Below are positions 19,075 to 28,650 of a stretch of 64,000 bases of DNA, one piece after another. The translations under genes and the position numbers were made by a program. Source of the DNA: Trueperaceae bacterium (GTDB lineage: Bacteria > Deinococcota > Deinococci > Deinococcales > Trueperaceae); the NCBI GenBank assembly GCA_965213705.1, contig OZ243913.1, forward strand, positions 3,008,001 to 3,072,000, given 5' to 3'. The first letter of the stretch is position 1; every line of letters starts with the position of its first letter. The notes under the pieces are model-generated. The model was not told the origin of the DNA. It did no database searches and saw only the letters and a program-made list of their open reading frames with translations.

Positions 19075-20060
19075 TCCAACACCTCCGGGTTGAGGATGTG
19101 TGGCACCCGCTCGCCTTTCAACACGCTCACAACCGCCTCAGCGCAGAGCGTCGCCATCGCGTTGCGCGTGTTCTGGGTGGCCGAGCCGAGGTGCGGAGCG
19201 AGCACGACGTTGGGCAGACCTTTCAGGGCGTCGCTGACGCGGGGCTCAAACTCGAACACGTCCAAGCCCGCGCCCCAGATTCGGCCCGCGGTGAGCGCTT
19301 CGACCAGGGCTTGCTCGTCGACGATTTCGCCGCGCGCGGTGTTGATGAGAATCGCGTTCGGCTTCATCGTCTCAAAGGCTTTTTTGTCGATAAGGTGGCG
19401 CGTTTCGTCGGTCAGGGGGCAGTGGAGGGTCACGACGTCGCTGGCGGCCAACAGCGCGTACAGGTCGCTTTCAAACTGCACTCCCAAACGCTTTTCGGCC
19501 TCGGAGTCACGGGAGCGGTTGTGGTAGCGCACCGTCATGTTGAAGGTTTGGGCGCGTTTGGCGACCTCGAGCCCTATTCGCCCCATACCGACGATGCCGA
19601 GGGTTTTGCCCTTCAGGTCTTGCCCGAGCAGTTGCAGGGGTGCCCAGCCCGCCCACTCGCCCGACACGGCGAGCGCGTGGCCCTCCAGGACCCGCCGCGC
19701 GACTGCCAGCATGAGCATCATCGCCTGGTCGGCGGTCGCCTCGGAGAGGACGCCGGGCGTGTTGCTCACTGCTACGCCGCGCGCGGTGCAGGCGGGCACG
19801 TCGACGTTGTTGTAGCCGACCGCGAAGTTGGCAACGATTTTTAGGCCGTCCCCCGCAGCGTCCAGAAGTTCGGCGTCGACGCGCTCGCTCAACGTTGTCA
19901 GGAGGGCGGTATAAGACTCGGCTTTCAGGGTCTCGAGCAACTTCTCCCGCGGTATAGGCGTGTCGAGGTCGTAGACCTCGAACTCGAGGCTGGCCTTCCT
20001 AAGCAACTCGTACCCCACGTCGGGAATCCGGCGGGTGATGAAAACTTTAGACAAAAACAC
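19071..20060 (-). CDS. D-isomer 2-hydroxyacid dehydrogenase (glyoxylate/hydroxypyruvate reductase-like)
   Basis: AVGYNNVD, GIVGMGRIG, INTARG, GLDVFE, PHLGSAT. Confidence 0.92.
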   Translation of the reverse strand: MFLSKVFITRRIPDVGYELLRKASLEFEVYDLDTPIPREKLLETLKAESYTALLTTLSERVDAELLDAAGDGLKIVANFAVGYNNVDVPACTARGVAVSNTPGVLSEATADQAMMLMLAVARRVLEGHALAVSGEWAGWAPLQLLGQDLKGKTLGIVGMGRIGLEVAKRAQTFNMTVRYHNRSRDSEAEKRLGVQFESDLYALLAASDVVTLHCPLTDETRHLIDKKAFETMKPNAILINTARGEIVDEQALVEALTAGRIWGAGLDVFEFEPRVSDALKGLPNVVLAPHLGSATQNTRNAMATLCAEAVVSVLKGERVPHILNPEVLD

Positions 20061-20067
20061 CTCCCAC

Positions 20068-20094
20068 AGGGGCAGGTTTCAAACCCGCCCCTAC
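20068..20094 (-). repeat. GTAG-family REP-like palindrome
   Basis: Minus strand GTAGGGGCGGGTTTGAAACCTGCCCCT: GTAG foot plus imperfect palindrome. Confidence 0.7.
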
Positions 20095-20113
20095 AATCGA
20101 ATGTCACACGGGG

Positions 20114-23100
20114 TCAGCGCTGCGGCTGCACGAACACCGCCGTCGTAAAGGCGGGCACGGAGAGCTGGCTGGTGCGCTCGTAAAACGCCGAGGTTTTCAC
20201 GGTTTCATCGTTCCCGGCTCGCTGTAAAGGGTGCAAAAGCAGGCGGAGGCCGTCCAACTCCGGCACCTTGAAGGTGTGGCGTTCTGGCGTCGCGTTGAAC
20301 ACGACGACGACGCGCCCGAAGTTGGGGTCGAGGTCGGGCAGACTGCCCCCGTCGGCCAAACTCATCACGATGACGCCGGGAACTTGCTCGGGGCCGGTGT
20401 TAAGAAATTCAAGGCGCTGCTCGACCTCTTCGGCGGTCTCGAGCCGAAACAGCGGCGAACTGTAGCGGATTTGAAGCATCGTCTTAAAGGCGTCGCTCGA
20501 GCGCACAATGTCCTCACGCCCCGGCGTCAACTCGGCCTCAACCAAGCGCGGGCGCATAAACTGCCAGTTGTCGCGGTTGTCGTCGGCCGGGGGCAAGCCG
20601 ACGCCGAAGTTGTTGGTTTCGAAGGTAAAGTCCAGCCGGTTGAACCAGTCGCCCGAGTTGTAGCTGTTGCGGTCGAACGACTTGGAGCGCAACAACTCGC
20701 TCCCGGCATGGAAAAAGGGCACGCCCTGCGACAGCGCGACGATGCTGAGGTCCAGGTCTTGCGCGCGCACCCGGTCGGCGGTGGACAGCTCGAGCGGCAG
20801 CTTGTACTGGTTGTTGTCCCACAGCGTCTGGTTGTCGTGCGCGGAAATATAGACGATGTTCTCCTGCGGGTCCTGGGTATAGCCGGTCGGTGAGCCGTTG
20901 TAGTCCACATCGCGGCCCGTGACTTCCTGACCGTCGCCGCTCACAAAACGGTAGTCGGCCAGGTTGCCCGCCAGACCGACGCGGATGATGTCGGCGGCGT
21001 GCAACAAGTCGGCGCGCTGCGTGTCCGGGTCGTTTGTGACCTCGTCGTTCGGCAGCGTGTAGAGGCCGGTGCCGAAACCCTGGTTTTTGACGAGGTCGAT
21101 TCCGCCGTCGAACGGGCCGCCGCCCCGCACCGCGTCGCGGAGGCGGTCGTTGAAAGTTCCGATGCCGGTGCCGCCTAAGTTGAGCTGCGTGGCGTTGACG
21201 CCTCGAGCATTATCAGCCACCTCGCCGAAGTTCCAGCCCTCGCCGTAGAGGTAAACCTTGCTGCCGTCCACGCCGTCCGCCTCAAGCGTGAGCGCGTCGA
21301 GCGCGGCGCGCACTTTGAGCATGTTCTCGACCAGGTGATGCCCCATCAGGTCGAAGCGGAAACCGTCGATTTTGTAAGCCGTGGCCCAAGCGACGACCGA
21401 ATCCACCATCAGTTTCTCCATCATGGCGTGCTCGGTGGCGGTGTTCTGGCAGCAGGTGCTCGTCTCGACCGCGCCGTCGGCGTTCAGGCGGTGGTAGTAG
21501 CCGGGGACGACTTTGTCGAGCACCGAGCGCTCGTTCTGGCCACTGGCGTTGGTGTGGTTGTAGACCACGTCGTTCACGACGCGCAGGCCGACACTGTTCA
21601 GACCCTGCACCATTTGCCGGTACTCGAGCACGCGCGCGGCTCCGCTCGGGTCCGTCGCGTAACTCCCTTCGGGCACGGTGTAGTGGTAGGGGTCGTAGCC
21701 CCAGTTGAAGCCGTCCTGGTCCTTGACCGCGCTCATCGCTTCTTGCTGGCGGGGCGAGTCGGGTGGCAAAGCGGACAGGTCGGCGTCGGGCTCGAGCCAG
21801 CTCGATTTGTCCTCGTCGATGGTAGCGATGTCGAAGGTCGGCAACAGGTGGAGGTGGGTCAGCCCGACGTCGGCGAGCGAGGCGAGGTGGGTCATGCCGT
21901 CGCTCTCGGGGTGGGTAAACGCGAGGTAGGTGCCACGCTCCGTTTCAGGTACGGTCTCGTCGAACACGCTGAAGTCGCGCAGGTGAAGTTCGTACAGCGT
22001 AATGTCCTCGAAGGACTCGAGCCCCGGCTTCTCCAGGGCGTCCCAACCCTCGGGTTTGAGGCTGGCGTCGCCCAAGTCTACGAACTGACTGCGCGCGCTG
22101 TTCCGGCTCAGGCTCAGCGAGTACGGGTCGGTGACGAGGTTGGTCTCGAGGTTCTGGGTGCTCGGGGCGTAGACGCCGACCTCAAAAAGATAATACTTGC
22201 CTTTCCAGCTCGAGTCGCCCGTTGCGCTCCACACGCCGCTCGAGTCGTCGCGGGTCATGTCGAGAATGTCGGCGGTGTCGTCATCAGCCGTGTCGAACAC
22301 GTGAAGTTCGACCGTTTGCGCGGTCGGTGCCCACACTTTGACGGTGGGCATGTCGCCTTGCCAGGTCAGGCCGAGGTCTGTGTCTCGAGCCGCTTCAGCG
22401 TACAGCGCGTCGAGCACGCCGGGGACTTGCACGCCGGTCGCGTCGACGAGGCGGTCGCCGCTCACTGCGCCGACGGCGACCTGGCCGCGCAGCAGTTCGG
22501 GGGCTCGAGCCGCGGCGTCTTCGGACAGGCGGAGGGCGCTGTAGCCTTGCAGGTGGGGGAACTGGGCTAAGACATCCTCGGGCAAACCTGCTTCGTCCAG
22601 GGTTAGTACGAAAGCTTCGCCGCCGGTCAGTTCGGTTTCGGTGGGCTCGAGTTCAGCCGTCTCGGAGGCGTATAGAAAATACTCGGTACCCGGCACCGTC
22701 GTACCGAGCTGCCAAGCGACGAGGTCTGGCCGCAGCCAGTGAGCTTGCGCCTTTGTCAAGTCCGCGCCGGCGGTTCCGGCCGTTTTGAGGTCGGGTTGAC
22801 TCGTAAACAGCTCCCCGCTGCCCGAGACGAGCCAAACTTCGTTGCCCATCTCGCTCAAGCTTAGGGACATGTCGGGGCCGGGGTCTTTCTCGTCGCCGCG
22901 GTGAACGATGAAGTTCAGCCGTTCGGCGGCGTCCACAAGGGGGACGTTCCAGTACACGCCGTAATCGTCTTGTCCGGCGGGCTCGAGGCCGTTTTCCCAA
23001 TTGGTTTCTTCCGCCGCGTCCTCCCAGACGTGGAGTATAAACCCTTCGTAGTCGCCGTCGGGGCGGTAGTAGTGGACGCGGGCCGTGCCCTCGTCGGGCG

Positions 23101-23473
23101 GGCCGAGCGGGGGGGCGGTAAACACTTGCTCGTTGCCGGACTGCAGCCACACCTCGCGCGTTTGCGAAGGGTTGATGAATAGGTCCGGGCCGGGGTCTTT
23201 TTCGTCGCCCTTGTGGACGATGAAGCCGAGCCTTTGGGCGTCGTCTGTCAGAGAAACGTCCCAGTAGACGCCGTAGTCGTCGCTGCCAGAGACCTCTAAG
23301 CCGTTCGCCCAGGTGACTTCTTCGGTAGTGTCTTCCCAGACGTGGAGCTTGAAGCCCTCGTAAGCGCCGTCGGGCCGCTGGTAGTGAACCCGCGCGGTGT
23401 TGTCGGGCAGGTCGGTTTGGGCCAGTGCCAGACTCGCCAGCACGAGAACGAGCCATATCCAAAATTTCTTCAT
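20114..23473 (-). CDS. pulA: secreted pullulanase-type alpha-1,6-glucosidase (GH13) with two tandem N-terminal CBM41-like domains
   Basis: Signal peptide; duplicated RVHY.RPDG.YEGF.LHVW...DEKDPGPD module; FNWGYDP, DVVYNH, GFRFDLMG, YGEGW, SAHDN. Confidence 0.92.
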   Translation of the reverse strand: MKKFWIWLVLVLASLALAQTDLPDNTARVHYQRPDGAYEGFKLHVWEDTTEEVTWANGLEVSGSDDYGVYWDVSLTDDAQRLGFIVHKGDEKDPGPDLFINPSQTREVWLQSGNEQVFTAPPLGPPDEGTARVHYYRPDGDYEGFILHVWEDAAEETNWENGLEPAGQDDYGVYWNVPLVDAAERLNFIVHRGDEKDPGPDMSLSLSEMGNEVWLVSGSGELFTSQPDLKTAGTAGADLTKAQAHWLRPDLVAWQLGTTVPGTEYFLYASETAELEPTETELTGGEAFVLTLDEAGLPEDVLAQFPHLQGYSALRLSEDAAARAPELLRGQVAVGAVSGDRLVDATGVQVPGVLDALYAEAARDTDLGLTWQGDMPTVKVWAPTAQTVELHVFDTADDDTADILDMTRDDSSGVWSATGDSSWKGKYYLFEVGVYAPSTQNLETNLVTDPYSLSLSRNSARSQFVDLGDASLKPEGWDALEKPGLESFEDITLYELHLRDFSVFDETVPETERGTYLAFTHPESDGMTHLASLADVGLTHLHLLPTFDIATIDEDKSSWLEPDADLSALPPDSPRQQEAMSAVKDQDGFNWGYDPYHYTVPEGSYATDPSGAARVLEYRQMVQGLNSVGLRVVNDVVYNHTNASGQNERSVLDKVVPGYYHRLNADGAVETSTCCQNTATEHAMMEKLMVDSVVAWATAYKIDGFRFDLMGHHLVENMLKVRAALDALTLEADGVDGSKVYLYGEGWNFGEVADNARGVNATQLNLGGTGIGTFNDRLRDAVRGGGPFDGGIDLVKNQGFGTGLYTLPNDEVTNDPDTQRADLLHAADIIRVGLAGNLADYRFVSGDGQEVTGRDVDYNGSPTGYTQDPQENIVYISAHDNQTLWDNNQYKLPLELSTADRVRAQDLDLSIVALSQGVPFFHAGSELLRSKSFDRNSYNSGDWFNRLDFTFETNNFGVGLPPADDNRDNWQFMRPRLVEAELTPGREDIVRSSDAFKTMLQIRYSSPLFRLETAEEVEQRLEFLNTGPEQVPGVIVMSLADGGSLPDLDPNFGRVVVVFNATPERHTFKVPELDGLRLLLHPLQRAGNDETVKTSAFYERTSQLSVPAFTTAVFVQPQR

Positions 23474-23593
23474 CCCACTCTCCTTTGTTTCGCCCAGTAT
23501 CGCACAGGTAAGGAAATTGGTGAAGTTGAGGGCTTACTGCGTGGGTCGGTTGCGGCTTTTGAAAACGTCAGCGGCTGTTTTAGAAAACGTCTA

Positions 23594-23926
23594 TCACATA
23601 AACGCGTCGTACTTCACGTAAAAGAGGAACGCTTCGAACGCCTCGGCCTGCGTGGGCGTCCGGCCGAGCCTGTGCTCTGCGCTGGCAAGAACGTCCTCGA
23701 CCTGCTCTTTTTGTAGGGCGTGTTCGAACACTACGCCGCGCAGTTCGACCTTGGGGTCGTCCTCCTCGTAAGGGTCGGACGGGTGGACAAGGCACGGGGT
23801 CGTTTCGGACCACGGCTGGTCGAAGGGTAACAGGACGCTACTGTTTTCTTGCCAGCCTCGCGCGTTCAGGAGGGCGGGGCCTAGCAACAGCAGGGACGGG
23901 GTTTCGTCCGTGCGAGGCTCGCTCAC
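23594..23926 (-). CDS. small acidic hypothetical protein, immunity-like
   Basis: C-terminal AF.FY...DAFM motif recalls DUF7716-type proteins; 1 nt from the upstream gene. Confidence 0.6.
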   Translation of the reverse strand: MSEPRTDETPSLLLLGPALLNARGWQENSSVLLPFDQPWSETTPCLVHPSDPYEEDDPKVELRGVVFEHALQKEQVEDVLASAEHRLGRTPTQAEAFEAFLFYVKYDAFM

Positions 23927-23927
23927 G

Positions 23928-24470
23928 CTAGAACGCCACCGACGAATCCGGTGCGACGTCGGCCGGCTCGAGCCCGTGCATCCGCACGCCTAACCCGTGC
24001 TCCTCGTCCCAGCGGCTACGAAAGGCGAAGCCGAGGACGGGTTGGTCGTTTTCAAGGTAGTCGTGGAGAAACACGGTGTGCAGTTCTATAAAGTCGCGCA
24101 GCGCCTCCGCCGTCATCGTCTCCGGGAAGTCCTCGGGGTTTTCGCCCGGTTGAACGTCGTAGTCGTCGCTCAGTTCGGGGTAATAGTCGAGGACGGCGCG
24201 CACCACCGCCTCCGCCACGGCTGCTTCGTGGCTCAGCAGCCAGCGCAGCGCTTCGGCGTGGGTCGCACTCGGCGGCCCGATGTTGTCGTCGAGGTGACTG
24301 GTCACGATGAGAAAAGTGTTCCCGGAAGGCGTGCCGTCCGGCGAAGTGCGAAACCCCGCCCACGAGGGCAAGACAGCCTCACCCTCCCAAGCGTAGTCCT
24401 GGTTGTAAAAGCGGACGCCCTCGAGCGTCACCTCGTCTTCACTGTCCTCTTCACTGTCCTCGTGGGTCAC
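23928..24470 (-). CDS. acidic hypothetical protein (DUF6985/DUF2004-like)
   Basis: GFAFRSRWDEEHGLGV motif; very acidic. Confidence 0.65.
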   Translation of the reverse strand: MTHEDSEEDSEDEVTLEGVRFYNQDYAWEGEAVLPSWAGFRTSPDGTPSGNTFLIVTSHLDDNIGPPSATHAEALRWLLSHEAAVAEAVVRAVLDYYPELSDDYDVQPGENPEDFPETMTAEALRDFIELHTVFLHDYLENDQPVLGFAFRSRWDEEHGLGVRMHGLEPADVAPDSSVAF

Positions 24471-24476
24471 CTGGTT

Positions 24477-25205
24477 TTAAGTCCACTCGAAACAGACGAC
24501 CGCTCCTTGGTCGGTCTCGTCGTAAAAGAGCCACACGCCGTCCGCGCCGTACTCGTGAAAACCGTAACCCGACACGCGGCACACGAACAGCAGCGGCTCG
24601 CCCGCGGCGTTGTGGGGTTCGAGCAGGTTGTTCGACTCGAGCCACTCCTCGTCGTCTTCCTCGTCGGGCTCCGGGTCGGCGTTGCGGCCTTCGGAGAGTG
24701 GGCGGGCCAGCGTCAGTTCCGAATCCTTGAGCAGGTCGTCTATTTGGGCTGCGCTGTGCTCTTCTTTGTAAGCTGAGTAGGTGGCCTCGTTGGTCTCATA
24801 GATGTCCAAAAGCTCGTCGGCGGCGTCGAGCAGCCGTTTGGTCAGCTTGTCCTTGGCGTTGGGGTCGGTGGCTTCTTCCCCGGCATATTTGGCAGCCAGG
24901 GTGTCCCGCTGCTCGAGCAAAAAGTAGTCCCACGGCGCGTCGAACACGTAGCGCCCGTCCACAACCCTGAAGCCGAGCATGTCCTCGCCCGTGTGGTCGC
25001 CGGTCACTTCGGTCAGTGAACCGGTCGTGTCGCCGATACCCAATTTTTTGACGCTCACCACGTGCAGCCAGGTTTTGTCCGTGAAACCCATAAAGCGCAG
25101 GTCGAGCGAAAAGAGCGGCAAGAAGTGCCGCCGGTACTTGTCCAGGTCGCCCGCGAACACGTCCCAGTAGTCGGGAAAAGCGCGAAAGTAGGTGTCAGAA
25201 ATCAT
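24477..25205 (-). CDS. acidic hypothetical protein, immunity-like
   Basis: HFLPLFSLDL...GY.F..YGAD.VWLFYD...FEWT; TATACT 5 nt before ATG. Confidence 0.65.
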   Translation of the reverse strand: MISDTYFRAFPDYWDVFAGDLDKYRRHFLPLFSLDLRFMGFTDKTWLHVVSVKKLGIGDTTGSLTEVTGDHTGEDMLGFRVVDGRYVFDAPWDYFLLEQRDTLAAKYAGEEATDPNAKDKLTKRLLDAADELLDIYETNEATYSAYKEEHSAAQIDDLLKDSELTLARPLSEGRNADPEPDEEDDEEWLESNNLLEPHNAAGEPLLFVCRVSGYGFHEYGADGVWLFYDETDQGAVVCFEWT

Positions 25206-25294
25206 GTCGGAGTATACCTCAACAGCGTAGTTGATACTTTTGCCGGCGGCGTTTTAGCAGAAGCGGGGTCTGTAGCTTTAGGGACGAATGTATA

Positions 25295-25852
25295 ATGGCG
25301 ACGACCGTGTCGGACTTCCCCTCCTTCAAGTATCACCCCGACCCCGTCGGCACGGGCAGCGTCGTTCGGAGCACTATGGCGTGTGCGTGTTGCGGCGAGG
25401 CTAGGGGCTACATCTACACCGGACCTTTTTACTCGAGGACCGTCCTAAACCGCTTTTGCCCCTGGTGTATCGCCGACGGCCGGGCCGCGACCGAGTTCGG
25501 CGGCGAGTTTCACGACGTCACGGGACTCTTCCCGCTCGAGCCGGGACGCGACCTTGAAACGTGGCTTCCGGCGGCGGTTATCGACGAAGTGCTGTGCCGA
25601 ACACCCGGTTTTACCCTTTACAACCCTGTCGCGTGGGTGCGGCACTGCGGCGACGCCTGCGCCTACCACGGCGTTGCGACCACCGCGGACCTGCGGCGGT
25701 CGCGCTTGGCAGATGAAGACGGCAGCGAGGACGAAGGCCTGTTCGAGGAGGTTCGACACGATGGGTACGACCCGGCAACGGCCGATTTTGCCTACCTGAA
25801 CTTTCACTGTCTTCATTGCAGGGCGCGCTTCGTGACGTTGGACAGGTCTTGA
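25295..25852 (+). CDS. CbrC/UPF0167-family protein
   Basis: FKYHPDP..TG, CACC, YTGPFY, CPWCIADG.AA, W..HCGDAC, F.C..C. Confidence 0.85.
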   Translation: MATTVSDFPSFKYHPDPVGTGSVVRSTMACACCGEARGYIYTGPFYSRTVLNRFCPWCIADGRAATEFGGEFHDVTGLFPLEPGRDLETWLPAAVIDEVLCRTPGFTLYNPVAWVRHCGDACAYHGVATTADLRRSRLADEDGSEDEGLFEEVRHDGYDPATADFAYLNFHCLHCRARFVTLDRS

Positions 25853-25879
25853 ACCCGCCCGGTTGGGCGCAGCCCTGCG

Positions 25880-26227
25880 CTAAGTACCGCCCTCGTATTC
25901 CCGCAGTGCGGCGTTGCTTGGCACCCGCCCACGGGCGTACACCTCGCGCAGAAAGGTGATGAAAGGGTCGGTCAGCCCCGCCTGCTCGCAGGTCCAGACG
26001 AGGTCCAAGTCGTCGCTGACGGCCTCGGTGAGTTCGTGCTGGGCGGTCAGGTTGGACAGGGCGACAAAGTTCGCCTGTTGCTCGGGATGCGGCGTCAGGG
26101 GCGCGACCTGGTCGTAAAGCCCCAACCACCGTGCCTCGAAGGGCGGGGCGTCGCGGTCGTCCAACAGGGCGTCGTACTGGTCGTCGGAAAGGGTGCTCAA
26201 GTGCTCGAGGAGTGGCTGAAGGTTCAC
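25880..26227 (-). CDS. small acidic hypothetical protein
   Basis: ORF with AAGGA RBS; DALLDDRD...F...W, VSDDLDL, Y..G.VP motifs. Confidence 0.6.
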   Translation of the reverse strand: MNLQPLLEHLSTLSDDQYDALLDDRDAPPFEARWLGLYDQVAPLTPHPEQQANFVALSNLTAQHELTEAVSDDLDLVWTCEQAGLTDPFITFLREVYARGRVPSNAALREYEGGT

Positions 26228-26310
26228 AAGAAGTCCTTCGCTGGTCGGGTCGCACGCTCGACCTAGTGCGAGTCGCGTCCCGGACCGTGGTATCGGTTTA
26301 GCGAAAGCAA

Positions 26311-26342
26311 ACGAAAGACGGTCCCTACGTTCCGTCTTTCGT
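26311..26342 (-). terminator. stem-loop downstream of the act operon
   Basis: ACGAAAGACGG / CCGTCTTTCGT 11-bp inverted repeat just after the actG-like stop. Confidence 0.55.
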
Positions 26343-26370
26343 CTGCTCGGCGTTTGTTTTACGAACGTTC

Positions 26371-26823
26371 CTACTGTCCCGCGGCACCTTCGACCGTGAA
26401 CGGGTCCACCACACCGCGTTCGGCGACGAGTTCCATCGCCTGCTCGATGGGAAGGGTCAACGTGCCGTCGGCGTTGACAGCGCCCCCGGCAAGTTGTTCG
26501 GTCGCTTCGGTGAGGGTGGCTAGGTACTGGGCGCGGTTGGGCTCCAGGTACTTCCCTTGCGGCCGCGCCGAGGCGAGGAGCAAGATTCCGACGATGGTCG
26601 CTACCATCAACACGCCGCTGCCGACGAACATAAGACGCGTTTGCGCCTCGCTGAAGATGTACCGGCGCGTGTTTTCGGGTTGGTCGGGCGTCCGTGGCCC
26701 GGACGCCCGTTTGGACGTCGTCTTGTCAGACATTGCTTTGTTAGACGCGGCTTTGTCAGGCACAGTTTTATCAAACGCGGTTTTATCAGACGTGGTTTTG
26801 TCAGACGCGGTTCTATCAGACAT
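26371..26823 (-). CDS. ActG-like single-TM subunit of alternative complex III, with N-terminal 5-aa repeats
   Basis: One TM helix; C-terminal LPIEQAMELVAERG; last gene of the act operon. Confidence 0.65.
   Translation of the reverse strand: MSDRTASDKTTSDKTAFDKTVPDKAASNKAMSDKTTSKRASGPRTPDQPENTRRYIFSEAQTRLMFVGSGVLMVATIVGILLLASARPQGKYLEPNRAQYLATLTEATEQLAGGAVNADGTLTLPIEQAMELVAERGVVDPFTVEGAAGQ
26713..26821 (-). repeat. 15-bp tandem coding repeat (SDKTA-like x7)
   Basis: SDRTA SDKTT SDKTA FDKTV PDKAA SNKAM SDKTT. Confidence 0.8.
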
Positions 26824-28075
26824 GGTCGGCTCCGGCTAAACGAGGTGGGTGGCCCGGTTCGCGGGCGTGGTCGTCGTGATGGGCGGGCTCGAGCAGGCGT
26901 GGGTCGTGTAAGGGCAAAACCGGACGCGAGCCCAGTAGCAGCGTGAACACGCCCAGCCAAAGACCGCCCAGACCGACAATCAGCAGCACGTCGAGGGGGT
27001 GTAGCGGAAAGCCTTCACGCCCGTAGTTCGGAATCACCATGTAGAACACGTCGAGCAGGCGGATAAAAATCGCCCAGACCGCAACCGTGACGAGCGCCCG
27101 CCGTTTGCGCTTGACCCAGCGGGAAAAGAGCACCGTAAAGGGGGCGGCAAAACCGAAGAAGATGAGGAACAAACCCACCACCCGCCACGTCGGGCTGAAG
27201 CGCAGCACGTAGTAGGGATTTGTCTCGACGATGTTGTTCGACCACAGGATGATGAGTTGGGCAAAGCTCGTGTAGGCCCAAAACATCGTAAAAGCCATCA
27301 AGAAGTTGCCCAGGTCTTGCAAGCGCTTGGGCGTCAGCAGCTCGTTTACCTTGGGGTGAATCGCCGCGAGCCCGACCATCACGAAGATGACGAAGCACAC
27401 CGCGCTGATGGCCTGGCCTATCATGTAGATGACGCTGTAGATGCCGGAGAAAAACTCCGGGGTGAGCGACATCGACCAGTCGACCATCGCAAAGGTCATG
27501 GTAACGACGTAGATGATAATCCAAGCTGCACCCGCGCCCTTGAGCTTGAAGCCGATGCGCATACTGGCGGCCTCGTCTTTGTCCTGACGCTGTGAAGCGC
27601 GGAAAAAGTACCAAGCGCCGTACGTCCAAACGAGAAAGTAGAGCGCGGAACGAACGATGAAAAAGGGCACGTTGAGGTAAGCCGTCTTGGCGGCCACCGT
27701 CGGGTGCGACGCGACGTAGTCGGCGTGGGTCCACTCGTACAAGTGGCCGAGCCCGAACAGCAACGGGATAAAAAGTAGCGCCATCAGCGGCGTCACCATC
27801 GCGCCGGCCTCGAGCGGCCGGCGAATCAGCGCGCCCCAGGAACCGCCCGCCAGGTGCTGCACCGACACCATAACTAGGCAACCGAGCGCCAAACCCGTCC
27901 AGAAGATAAACGCGTACAGGTAAGACTCGAAAAACACCTCCGCGCCGCTCAGAAAGCCGACGACGGCGGCGAGTACCAGGCCGACGCCGCCGACGACAAA
28001 CGCGGTGAGCCGCAAGCGGGGCAAGCGCCTCGACACGGCTTCGTTCATTTGGGCGTCACTTGCAGCCCCGGTCAC
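26816..28075 (-). CDS. actF: alternative complex III membrane subunit ActF
   Basis: ~10 TM helices; HLYEW, YLNVPFF, DWSMSL, DLGNFL, FWAYTSFAQ; operon position. Confidence 0.88.
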   Translation of the reverse strand: MTGAASDAQMNEAVSRRLPRLRLTAFVVGGVGLVLAAVVGFLSGAEVFFESYLYAFIFWTGLALGCLVMVSVQHLAGGSWGALIRRPLEAGAMVTPLMALLFIPLLFGLGHLYEWTHADYVASHPTVAAKTAYLNVPFFIVRSALYFLVWTYGAWYFFRASQRQDKDEAASMRIGFKLKGAGAAWIIIYVVTMTFAMVDWSMSLTPEFFSGIYSVIYMIGQAISAVCFVIFVMVGLAAIHPKVNELLTPKRLQDLGNFLMAFTMFWAYTSFAQLIILWSNNIVETNPYYVLRFSPTWRVVGLFLIFFGFAAPFTVLFSRWVKRKRRALVTVAVWAIFIRLLDVFYMVIPNYGREGFPLHPLDVLLIVGLGGLWLGVFTLLLGSRPVLPLHDPRLLEPAHHDDHAREPGHPPRLAGADHV

Positions 28076-28650
28076 CGGGTCGCCTCCTGCGAAAGCGTTT
28101 GCGCCTCGTTCACGTCGGTTTGCGAGGCGTACTGGCTGAGTTGCAGCGCCTTGATGTAGGCCGAAATGGCCCAGCGGTCTTCGGGCGGCACGCGTGAAGC
28201 GTACGAGTACATACGGCCGAAACCGTTGGTGATGGCGTTGTAGTAGTAGCCGACCGGCGCGGCGCGCAAGCGCTCGGCGTGAAACGAGGTCGGCTGCACC
28301 ATGCCCTTTTGGACGATGACGCCGAGACCGTTGCCGCTGAAGTTGTGACAGGGCGAGCAGTAGATGTTGTAGCGCTCCTGCCCACGTTCCAAAACTGCAA
28401 GCGTGACCGGAAAAGGCAGGTCGGTCGCCAAACCGCCGTCGACAAGGCCGGTGTAGTACGACTCGGTGACGGGGCCGCGGTTGCGCGACACGGTGCCTTC
28501 AGGAAGCAAACGCATCGACGGCAGTTCGCGGTTGTAGGGCGCGACCTCCAAGACCTCGGCCTTGGGTTGGTCGTACATGTTCAAACCGCACGAACTCAAG
28601 GCGAGGGCCAGGGCCGTCAACAAGGCGCCGCGGAACACGTTCACGGTCAC
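28072..28650 (-). CDS. actE: alternative complex III monoheme lipoprotein cytochrome c ActE
   Basis: Lipobox LSSC, MYDQPK, CSPCH, DRWAI; GTG overlaps the actD stop. Confidence 0.88.
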   Translation of the reverse strand: MTVNVFRGALLTALALALSSCGLNMYDQPKAEVLEVAPYNRELPSMRLLPEGTVSRNRGPVTESYYTGLVDGGLATDLPFPVTLAVLERGQERYNIYCSPCHNFSGNGLGVIVQKGMVQPTSFHAERLRAAPVGYYYNAITNGFGRMYSYASRVPPEDRWAISAYIKALQLSQYASQTDVNEAQTLSQEATR

